Positions 12,088-22,213 of a stretch of DNA of 64,000 nucleotides are shown here, in pieces. Origin of the DNA: Cyanophora paradoxa CCMP329 (lineage: Eukaryota; Plantae; Glaucophyta). The notes below the pieces were generated by a model, which worked only from the letters and a program-made list of their open reading frames with translations, searched no databases and had not been told where the DNA came from. The stretch lies in the NCBI GenBank assembly GCA_004431415.1, contig QPMI01000474.1:1-64000 (forward strand). The letters are read 5' to 3'. How positions within the stretch are numbered: the stretch's first letter is position 1; each line of letters starts with the position of its first letter. Made by a program: the position numbers and the translations under genes.

Positions 12088-14436
12088 GGGAGGGGGCTGG
12101 CCTCGCGGAAGGTCGGGTCGGCTGCGGGGCGAGGACAGGGACAAAGAAAGAACGAAAAAACGAGGCTTCAGATTGGGGGTGGGGGGGAGCTTGGGCCCCG
12201 GGGCTCCCCGCGGGCGCACGGCAGATGTACACGTCCTCGCCGCCCGCCGCTGGTCGCTCCACGTCACAATTCACAATCACCCAGTCTGAGGGGCCGTGAG
12301 AGGGGCGGGCGGGGAGGGGGGAGGGGGGCGCGCGCGCGCACCCCCGCGGCTGCCGTGGCTCGGCCCCTTGGCCTTGATGAAGGAGCCCTCGTCCGCGCTC
12401 CGGAAGGCGAAGACCACGCGCTTCTTCCTGAGGGGGGCGTCAGCGGCGGGGGGGTGCAGCGTGCGTGGGTGGTGGGGGAGGAGAGGGGGCGGCGCGCCGG
12501 CACTTGCGGGCGTTGGCGGAGGAGAGGGGGTCGAGCGGCGGGGGGGCCGGCTCGTCCAGGGGTACACCGATGGCCGCCGCCACCACGCCCAGCATCGCGA
12601 CGAGCTGAGGGGCGCCGGAGCGGTCAGAAGGAGGTATATGGGGGAGGGAGCTGGCGGGGGGTAGGGGCGCCTCGGGGGCGGTGAGGCGGTCCTCGGGGTA
12701 GCGCTGGGTGCAGTGCCGGGCGATCTGGACGAGGGTGCCGGGGAGCCAGGCGGGGGCCTCCCCCGCCCGGCGGTCGATCCGCGCCTCGACGGCCCTCTGC
12801 GCCGCCTCGTCCCACGACTTCTGCGGGGGCCCGGCTTTAGGAGGCGGAAGCGGGACCGCCGGGATTCGAACCCGGCCGGACCTGGACCAGGCTGACCAGC
12901 GCCTTCGGCTCCCGCGTCCACACGAAGCCCGGCGAGCCCGTCACGGCCTCCAGCGCCAGTACCCCGAAACTGCGCCAGGGGGGGGGGGATGGCCTCGGTG
13001 AGGGCTGCGGGGTACACCGGTCGGGGAAGCGGCGCACGAGTAAGAGTCCGACGCGGGGGTAGCGACGTTCTCCTCGTCTGGCGGAGAGCGTCAGAGGAAC
13101 GGGAAGGCGGTGTACAGGGCGGGCGGCGCACAGATCTCGGGGGCCGTGCAGCCGCGGGGCCCCGTCGAGTAGCGCGTCGTGTACTGCCCGTTGGCTGCGG
13201 GGAGAGAAGGGCAGTGTCTATCAAACCGGTCCAAAATGAGGGCGGGGCTTGGGGACGGGCCCTCGAGAAGGGCGGCGAGGCCGAAGTCGGCGATGACGCC
13301 CGAGCCTCCGGGCCGGACCAGCACGTTGCAGCCGCGCAGGTCCCGGTGGATCGCCCCGCTCTGCTCCCCCTCGCATCGGGGGCGGAGGCGCGCCCCGCGG
13401 GGCGGAGGGCGCACCGCGTGCAGGTGGGCCATCCCGCGCCTGCGTGCGCAGCGTGCCCGGGGGATCAGCGGGGGTACGGGACGAGGTGAAGGGAGGGGGT
13501 ACGAGCGCACGCGACGTCGAGAAGGATGCGGACGCGCTCGGCCCACGAGAGGGGCGCGAGGTCCGCCCTGGCGCCCGCGGCCTCCTCCCCCGGCGCCCCG
13601 CACAGCCTCTCCTGCGCCCGCGGCCGCGGCTCTCGGGGGGTACGGCGCGCTCCGCGAGAGGGGGTACGCGCGCCTGGAGGTTGTGGGGGCCGACGTACTC
13701 GTAGACGACGCAGAGGGCGCCAGTGGGGAGGTAGACGGGCGAGTCGGCGCCGCCGTGCGGGAGGGCCCGCGAGAAGGCCTCGTCGACGCGGGCCGAGCCG
13801 AGGCAGGCGACGACGTTGGGGTGGGGCGGCAGCGCCCGCAGCCGGCTCACTTCCTTCATCTCCCGCCCCTCCGACGGCGTCTTCGCCACTGCGCCGGCGC
13901 CGCGCGCGGTCAGAGGCACGAGCTCGAGGCGAGCCGCGCGATGCGCGGGCGCGGGCGAGGGGCCGGGGCAGACGGGCGCGCCCTTCACTGCAACGTCGCG
14001 CACGTCGCCGTTGACCGGGAGCCGCCCCCTGAAGACGCAGCCTGCGCGAGGGATGGGTCGGCGGGGGCGTCGCGAGGGGCGCGCCCCGCGGCCGCGGCCG
14101 CCCGGCCGGGACGGCCCGCGCGCGGCCCGCGCCGACGCGACGTCAATGCCAACGCCGCACCGAAGCCGCCCTGCCCCAGGTACCGGCTCAGATCGAAGTT
14201 ACTGCGCTCAGTGCGTGAGCGGAGCTGAGCTATCGTCGCTTGCGCGCAGGGGCCCACTCAGTGGCAGCTTTGAGCTCGGCGAATTCGAACTGGGCCTCGG
14301 CAGAGGGCGACCCGGCGGGCGCAGGCGTTGACGAAGAGGCCGACGTCATTATCGTAGTGTAGACGACGTCCATCTTCGAGCGCGCAGCCTCGCCCACGTC
14401 CGTCTTCTGACGGACTGAGCGCTCGCCCTCCTCCAT
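11516..14436 (-). CDS. RLK/Pelle(IRAK)-like cytoplasmic protein kinase with C-terminal tandem PGDYG-like domain (multi-exon)
   Basis: FEFAELKAAT|NFDLSRYLGQGGFG, DVAVK, HPNVVACLG, VVYEYV, LSWAERVRILLDVAR|GMAHLH, HRDLRGCNVL, IADFGLA, GPRGCTAPE, SDSYS|FGVLALE. Final exons GDYVVQNRLGTDQIIEQ|YPVSASEFERDYEYFK* (stop at 11516-11518). No TM segment seen before the kinase. Confidence 0.85.
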
Positions 14437-14563
14437 CCAGCGCAGGCGAGCCTGCTACTTGCTCGACGAGGCGATACTTGCTGCAGGAGAGCTTGGCCGC
14501 GAACTGAACTTTTTGTTACTGAAGGCTTGGGGGGTACACAGGCGCGGCAGTCAGGCGCTGTTT
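14437..14563. promoter_or_regulatory. Putative bidirectional promoter (kinase / acyl-CoA synthetase)
   Basis: Only 127 bp between divergent ATGs; inferred from geometry. Confidence 0.45.
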
Positions 14564-17500
14564 ATGCTATCCCCGCCGCTGCCAGTTCTCGTTGCAGTCG
14601 CAGCGGGTGCAATCATCATCGTAGTCGCTGCACGTTCGCTCGTCCCCGGGAGCCCTGCACAGAAAAGGATGATTTCGACAGAGGACGAAACGCTGCCGCA
14701 GGTGAGCTGCAGCAAGCGCTTTGCATGCCTTTGGCCGCGGTCGCATGCCCCTGCCGCGCGCTCGGAATTGCGGGCGTACGCGGTCGCCGACGCGTCACTC
14801 GTAGAGGCCCGGCGAGACGCGGCCACGGCGGTGCTCGTACTTTCCGGCAAATGCGCCGCTCTTCGTCACGCCACTGGCCGGTCCGCTCCGCCGCGCGCGG
14901 TTCCGATGGGCCGCGGTCAACGTCAACGCCCCCGCGCCGCAGGCAAGGAGAACGACTTCCGCACGCTCTGGGAGGGTGCGCCGCCGCGCTTCGCCTTCGC
15001 AGCCGCGGAGCCGCGGCCCGCGAGCCCCCGCCCGCGCAGGCTTCCGCCGGGGCCTCAAGATGGCGGGCCCCGAGGCGCCGTGCCTGTGGCAGCGCGCGGC
15101 GGCGGAGAAGGGCGTGGGGGAGTACGTCCCGGCGAAGTGGGGCGACGTGGCGGAGCGGGTCGAGCGCATCGGCTCCGGCTTCGCCGCGCTCGGCCTCAAG
15201 AAGGGCGACCGCGTCGGTCCGCCGGGCGCGGCGCAGCGCAGCGCAGCGCGGGCCGCCGGTACCGCGCGCCTCGCCGCGCGCCTCACGCACGCCCTCGCAG
15301 GCATCATCGGGATCAACTCCGCGAGCTGGACGCTCTCCCTGCTCGCCGCCTTCTCCCGCTCCGCGGTCGCCGTACCCCTCTACGACACCCTCGGCGCCAA
15401 CGCCGTCGAGTACATCGTGAAGGTACCCCCTCGCGCCCCCCCGTCGGCGTACCCCGGCGTCCTCATCCGCCGTACCCCCCGCAGGACACGGAGCTGACGG
15501 TCGCGGTGGCGGCGAACGACAAGCTCATGCGCGTCCTGGAGGCCCGCCCCGCCCCTCCCCCTCCTCCTCCCTCGCCCCTCGTCTCTTGACGCTCAGGTGA
15601 GGTCAGGTGGCGAAGCACTGCCCGACGCTGAAGGTCGTCGTCGCGATGATGCCCCCGGACGAGGCCGCCAAGCGCGACGCCGCCGCCGCCCGCGCGCCCC
15701 GCCCCCGCCCCGCCTCGCCCCGGGCCGCCCCCCTCGCCTGTGACGCCGCCGGCAGGCGTCACGCTGCTCTCCCTGGCCGAGGTCGAGGAGAAGGGCCGCG
15801 CGACCCCCGCCGCCGTCTGCCCCCCGAGCCCCAGGACCTCGCCTGTACCCCGCCCCAATCTCCCCCCCCCCCGAATCGAACCGGTCCCGCCTCACGCCGT
15901 ACCCCCCTCGCAGACGTCATGTACACCTCCGGAACGACCGGCAACCCGAAGGCGCGCGCCGCTGCGCCCCGTACCCCCGCTGTCCGCCCTCTCACGCGCG
16001 TACCCCAGGGCGCCATGCTCACGCACCGCAACATGGTCGCGACGATCTCGGGTTCGAATCCCGGTCGGCCGGCTTTTTCAATCCCCAAACGGCGTACCGC
16101 AGGCTTCATGAACTTCAAGGCGAACGTCACCCCCGACGACGTGTACATGAGCTACCTCCCGCTCGCCCACTCCCTCGAGGCCCGTACACCGCTCCTCCGC
16201 CTCCCCCCCCCTCCTCCGTGACGTCTTCCGCAGGCCTCGCTGCACCTTACCGTGCTCTCGGTGCGCGTACACCGCCCCCTTTCACACTGTTTGGGCCGCC
16301 GCCTCACCCGCCGCGCAGAACGGTGGCTCCGTCGGCTACGTTCGCACCTGCCCCTGCGCCCTGTGCCCGCCCCCGCCCAGCGAGTCCTGCGAACGCCGTA
16401 CCCCCGCAGTACCAGGGTGACGTCAAGAAGCTCGTGGACGACATCCTCGCGCTGCGGCCCACGCTCCTCCCGGGGGTACGCCGCCAACCGCCGCCCCCGC
16501 CCTCCGTCCCCGGCTCATGTACCCCCCGCAGGTGCCGCGCGTGTGGCAGCGCATCTACGATCGCGTCATGTCCACGGTGGCCGCCTCGGGATTCATTCAG
16601 GTGCCCCCTCGCCCCTTCTATCCCCCCCTCCTCGCCCTCCCACCCGGTCTGAGCCCCGGTTCGAATCGCAGCGGAGCGTCTTCCACCTCGCGTACTCCGC
16701 GCAGCTGGGCTACGTCCTCTCCGGCTCCCGCTCCACCTTGTACCCATCCCCCGCGCCAGCGTACCTCCGCCGCCGCCACTGATGCGCCCTTCCCCCCCCC
16801 CCCCCCCCTACCCCTCCTCGCAGCCTGGACAGCATTGTCTTCAACAAGTTCCGCGCGCGCCTCGGGGGGAGGGTACGCATCATCGCCACGGGCGGCGCCC
16901 CCATCCCGAAGCACATCATGGAGTGCCTCAAGGTCCCGTACTCCCCTTTAAAGCGCACGGAGCTCCTCCAACCATCCCTCCGCAGGTCCTGTTCCCGGGT
17001 ACGGCGGTGCTGCAGGGATACGGTGCGGTCTGGCCGGCCGTTTTCCCGGCTTCGCTCTGACGGGTCCCATCGTAGGAATGACGGAGAACGCGGTGCGAGC
17101 CGCCGGCGCCGGCCGCGCGCGCCCGGCGCTGAGCAGCGTCCTTTCCCCCCTTTCCTTCCCCCCGCCAGGCCTGCTGCATGGTGCGCCTGCGCCACCATGC
17201 CTCTCTCCCCCGCTCGCCCTCAGCCGCCGCAGGGTACCCCCCTCGACTTCCCGCCGTGCGGGCCCGTCGGATGTCCCCTCCCCTGCAGCGAAATCAAGCT
17301 GGCGCGCCGTACCCCCCTCGCTTGCCCCCACCTTTCGCCTCGAGCCTCCGCCAGGTCGACGTTGCGGAGCTGGGGTACACGTCGAAGGACCCGCAGGGCC
17401 CCCGGGGGGAGGTCTGCATCCGGGGAGCCAACGTCTTCCTGGGGTACTGGCGCAACGAGGAGGAGACCAAGAAGGCGAGCCCTCCGCACCCCGCGTGCGG

Positions 17501-18858
17501 ACTTCCGCCCTACCCCCTCTTAACGTCCTCCCCCGTCCCCTAAAAAGGCGCTGGACGAGGAGGGCTGGCTCCACACGGGGGACATCGGGTGGCTGAACCC
17601 CCAGGCGGGTCCCCCCCCCCCCCTCCCCCCCTTTCAACGCCCTGACGCCTCGCCAGGACGGGTCCTTCTCCATCATCGACCGCAAGAAGAACGTTCGTCC
17701 CCGCCCGCCCGCCCCCTCACCCCTCCCGGCGCTCGTTCCCCCGGGGCCCTGACCCGCGCGCCCGCCGCGCGCGCAGATCTTGTGCGCGGCGCCGGGGAGC
17801 CCCGGCCCCCTCGCCGCCCCCTCGCCTCTGACGCCGCGGGGCGCAGCAAGCTCTCCCACGGCGAGTACGTCGCAGCCGAGGCCCTCGAGATGGTGCGCGT
17901 ACCCCCCCCCCCCCCCCGCCCCTCTCTGCCGGGGCGCGCCCGCCCGTCCGGGGCCGACGCCGCCGCCGCCCTCGCCCGCCTCGCCCAGGTGTACGGCAAG
18001 TCGTCGGTGAGCGGCCCCTGTGCACCTCTTTTCGCTTTTCGCGCCCCCGTCTTGACCCTGCGCCCGCCCTCTCCCTCTCCCGCGCCGCCCGCAGTGGGTT
18101 TCCCAGGTCCGCTGCGCCCCCGCCCCCCGCCCGCCTCCCCCGAGCGCCGGGCGACGCCACGCCGCGCGGGGCGGCAGATCTTCGTGTACGGCTCCTCGCT
18201 GCGGAACAGCCTCGTCGCCATCGTCGTCCCCAACAAGGAGGCGCCCTTTCACCCCCGCCCCCCCGCCTGAGCGGCCCCTGACGCGCCCGCGCCCTCCGCC
18301 AGTTCGCGGAGGAGTGGGCGAAGGCGAACGGCGTGGAGGGCGACTTGGTTCAGATCTGCGCGTGCGTGCGCGGGGCCGCCGGCGGCCGGCGCGGGGCCCT
18401 CGCGCTGAGCGGGGCCGGCGGGGGGCAGGGACGAGCGGACGGGGGCGGCGGTGCTGGCGGACCTCACCGCGATGGGGCGGGAGGGCAAGCTCAAGGGCTT
18501 CGAGATGGTGCGCGGGGGCGGGGCGGGGCGGGGCCAGATCCCGAGAAGCTCGGCGCGGGCCCGACCGCGGGCCGGGGCAGGTGAAGGCGGCGCACCTGGA
18601 GGGGCGCGTGGACGGCATGGGCCTCGGCTTCACCGTCGAGAACGACTGCATGACCGTGCGCCCCCCGCGCCCCCGCCCCCGTCCATGGAGGGCGGCCCCG
18701 CAGATCTAGAGCTCCCCCCGCCCCGGCTTCGCACAGCAGCCGAAACCAGCCGGCCTCGCGTGCCTCGCCCGCAGGTGTCGATGAAGCTGAAGCGGAACGC
18801 GCTGCTGAAGCGCTACCAGGCCGACATCGACCGCATGTACGCCTCCATCCGCGACTAG
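14564..18858 (+). CDS. Long-chain acyl-CoA synthetase (LACS/ACSL family), 33 exons
   Basis: N-terminal anchor MLSPPLPVLVAVAAGAIIIVVAA; PGETRPRRC; VPLYDTLG; AMP-binding YVMYTSGTTGNPK|GAMLTH; SYLPLAH; GY|GMTE; GEVCIRGANVFLGYW; GWLHTGDIG; IIDRKKN|IF|KLSHGEYVA; SMKLKR; stop TAG 18858. One 1-nt frame slip in the C-run near 15830. Confidence 0.95.
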
Positions 18859-19304
18859 CGCCGGCCCCGGGCGTGGCCGCCCCGGGCCGCCCCGTCCCCA
18901 CGGCGACGCCCTCCCTGTCCCCGATCGCGAGTTCGAAAATTCGAATTCTCAGTGTCGTCGCATCTTCAAGGCTTCGCACCGCAATTACAAATTCGCATAC
19001 CGGGCAAGCTGCAGTTCTCAGCAACTCTTTTAGCGCCTCCGGTCCTCGCGGGCCGGGCGCGCTGCCTGCGCCTATATTCCCGTTAAAAACGTTGCCTGCG
19101 ATGCTGAGTTCGGATCCCGCATGAGCTTCAGTTCCAACAATAGAATTTAATAAATCGGTCGCGATCGCGTGTGCACCACGTCGACGTCGCCCTCCTGATT
19201 AAGCCGAAGAACGGGCTAGGCGCATCCATCTTGAGCCCGAGATCGCGTTCTGGCACCGATGCCGGGCCGGGGACGCCGGTTGCTCGCGGTCGAGCTTGAG
19301 CTCG

Positions 19305-19412
19305 TATTGCCAGGCTAGATAGCTGGCAAGGTGGTGTATTAGGGGTACAGGTGGACTGACTATATGGGTACAGGGCTACAGGGACTTGGGAAGGTATATG
19401 CCTACTGCAACA
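19305..19412. repeat. Left terminal direct repeat (LTR-like, 108 bp)
   Basis: Base-for-base identical to 24797-24904. Confidence 0.92.
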
Positions 19413-19546
19413 TGTTACTATTTCACGAGTGCGCGTCCTCGCGCACTGAACTAGGATAAATATACGAAATTAAAGGAATCAAAAAGCTGAGGAATTTCGA
19501 AAGATACTGAGAAACTCTGAGAGAAGTCGAACGTTTAACGGCGTAC

Positions 19547-20124
19547 AGGGGATGTTACTATTTCACGAGACGAGAGGCTCGTGGCTGGCCGAGGGGATGT
19601 TACTATTTCACGAGACGAGAGGCTCGTGGCTGGCCGAGGGGATGTTACTATTTCACGAGACGAGAGGCTCGTGGCTGGCCGAGGGGATGTTACTATTTCA
19701 CGAGACGAGAGGCTCGTGGCTGGCCGAGGGGATGTTACTATTTCACGAGACGAGAGGCTCGTGGCTGGCCGAGGGGATGTTACTATTTCACGAGACGAGA
19801 GGCTCGTGGCTGGCCGAGGGGATGTTACTATTTCACGAGACGAGAGGCTCGTGGCTGGCCGAGGGGATGTTACTATTTCACGAGACGAGAGGCTCGTGGC
19901 TGGCCGAGGGGATGTTACTATTTCACGAGACGAGAGGCTCGTGGCTGGCCGAGGGGATGTTACTATTTCACGAGACGAGAGGCTCGTGGCTGGCCGAGGG
20001 GATGTTACTATTTCACGAGACGAGAGGCTCGTGGCTGGCCGAGGGGATGTTACTATTTCACGAGACGAGAGGCTCGTGGCTGGCCGAGGGGATGTTACTA
20101 TTTCACGAGACGAGAGGCTCGTGG
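19547..20124. repeat. Perfect 45-bp tandem array (~12.8 copies)
   Basis: Unit GATGTTACTATTTCACGAGACGAGAGGCTCGTGGCTGGCCGAGGG repeated without variation and without spacers. Confidence 0.97.
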
Positions 20125-22213
20125 TGTGCTAAGCTAAGAGCGGTGTACGATGAAGAAGAACTGAGGTCCCAACCTCAAGCCAGAGCGCCTATTTAGCCTA
20201 CGCGCTCACCGACCGGGCGGCCTCGAAAACGAAACTCGAAAGATATGATACCAACTAGACTACTACAAGCAAGATCCAACGGGTCCAGCGTGTATGCGGG
20301 AGTACAACATGGATGCGGGAGTACATATATAAATGTGGGAGTACTAGTACGAGCCTCAGAGCCTCCGAGATGCTATGGATCGGGAGGGCCTGCGATAAGG
20401 GGTCTGACTATAAGTATAGGAGCTGGAGAATACAAAGGACGCGTGCCCATATATATCTTAGCTGCGAGCTGCAACATGTGACTATTTCACGAGAGCGCGT
20501 CCTCGCGCACTGCTACTAGGCTAGCGCTAGCTATAGATCGAAAGTAAAGCAGGAAGCCGAGAAAAAAAAAAGGTCCGAGAAGAAGCGTACGGACTGCCAT
20601 CGAGGGCGAGCAAGGAGAAGCCGCCCGGGGCCAGATGAATGCCCTCGAGGGTCGGTAACGGTCAGGGGAAAAACCGGGCAAAAACCCCGCCGTGCCGTCG
20701 CAAGCGAGACAATATATATAATGGAACGTCGATCGTCGGCGGTGTGCATGTCGCCGAGCCGCCTGAGCCGCCGCCGAGGGGGAGGAGGTCCGCGGGAGGG
20801 CCGGCATCGCCGCCGGGGGAGCTGGGGCCGTGGAGAAGATGAGGTGGGGGGAGGCAGCAAGCCCAGATGGAGGGCGACCGGCCAGGCCCCGAGGCCAGCC
20901 AGCACCCCTCTCACATGCCGCCCGTGACGGGGCAAACCGTGGAACAGCAGCTGAGAAAAGCTGTCACGGGACGGCATGTGAAAGAGAGGCGGGCTGGGCC
21001 CTAGGGGATCATAATTAGCGTTTTTTAAGAAACTCGAAAAGGGGGGAAGGGTTCTTGGAAAATGAGGATAGAACCAGCGCAGAGCGGAGCGGGCCAGCGG
21101 GCGGGGCGGCGCAGCGGGACGGCGCAGCGCGGCGGCGCAGCGTGGCGGCGCAGCGCTAGCGTGGCGGGCCCGGGGCGGCATGGCAAGGCGTCGCGCGCGA
21201 AAACTGCCCCCGCGAGCGTTGCGTTGCAAAAACAACCCTGGGATCCACCGGGGCGCTATGCCTCGCCGGAAAGGTCGTCTGGGGCGGGTGGCCTCGCCAG
21301 GAAAATTTAAGCCGCGATGGCTTTCAGCCGCTATGGCTCTCAAGTCGCTGTGACTTTGCCGCCATGGCTTGCGTGCCGCGATGGCTTTTGGTGCCGCTAT
21401 GGCTTGCATGGCCACGGTGGCCGTTCTTAAGCGCACGAGCCAGGTGGGCCTGCCGTGGCTCACCTCATTCGAAATCATCTCGACGGAGTGCTGTCGCATG
21501 CCTCGGGGGCGGAGCCAGCCTCGCGCAGCTTGGGCACGTCTGCCGCCGGCCCCCAGAGGATCGTCGGGCTTGCGATCGGGGGCCACCGCCCGGGCGTCGT
21601 GCCGCCAGCGTCGTCTCGCGCTCCCTCACGGAGGTGATCATAGACGTCGACATCTCGCCGACAAAAACCGGTCAGCCGAGAATGGAGCAACGTGGGGAGC
21701 CAGTAAATATGCTTCCCAGCGATTGGGATCTTGTTGACGTGTCCTCTCCCTCTCCCAGCCGCATGCGCAGCGTCGCAGTCGGCCGTGGCAGTCCGCCGCC
21801 GCCGCTGCCGCCGAGGGGGCGCCAGAGGGGGGTACGTGGGGAAGGGGATCAGGGTGCTCAGATGAGCCCGTCGTTGGGGTACGGGGGTGGGCCGCGGCCG
21901 CCGGCAGCAGGGGGGGGGGCGGGGATCCAGAGGGGTACGCGGGGAAGGGGGTGGGAGCCGGGGTAGGGAGGGCGAGAAAAAAAAAAGGGTAGCAGGCAGT
22001 CAAGCGGAGGGGGGTACGTGATCAGGGCAGTCGGATTGGGGCGCTCAGGTGAGCCCCGTGCCAGGGTACGGGTAGGGAGAGTGAGGAAGGGTAGGGGGTA
22101 GGAGGCAGGTGAGGGGAGAGAAATTGGGGATGGGTAGGGAAAGGGAGCCCCCGGGGGGCATGGGCGCCGCCTCCCGGCCGGCGCCCCCGAGGCCACTGGG
22201 CCGAAGGACATGC

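Noticed and set aside
15825-15836. Programmed frameshift or pseudogenisation of the acyl-CoA synthetase (also slips in F-box ~8750-8820 and kinase ~12700-12750)
   Set aside because: The slips lie in or near C/G homopolymer-rich runs in otherwise intact genes; most likely long-read consensus errors.
19547-20124. CRISPR array, or repeat proteins from ORFs 19552-20196 / 19581-20132
   Set aside because: Units are contiguous and identical, with no spacers and no cas genes; the ORFs exist only because a 45-bp unit lacks stops in two frames.
19305-20512. Hammerhead ribozyme / retrozyme
   Set aside because: A GAAA and hairpins are present on the minus strand, but no CUGANGA core is found at the required position on either strand.
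21420-21500. Chromodomain-like peptide HSVEMISNEVSHGRPTWLVRL on the minus strand
   Set aside because: Only a loose pattern resemblance, with no downstream W-x-G/TWEP motif and no pol ORF around it.
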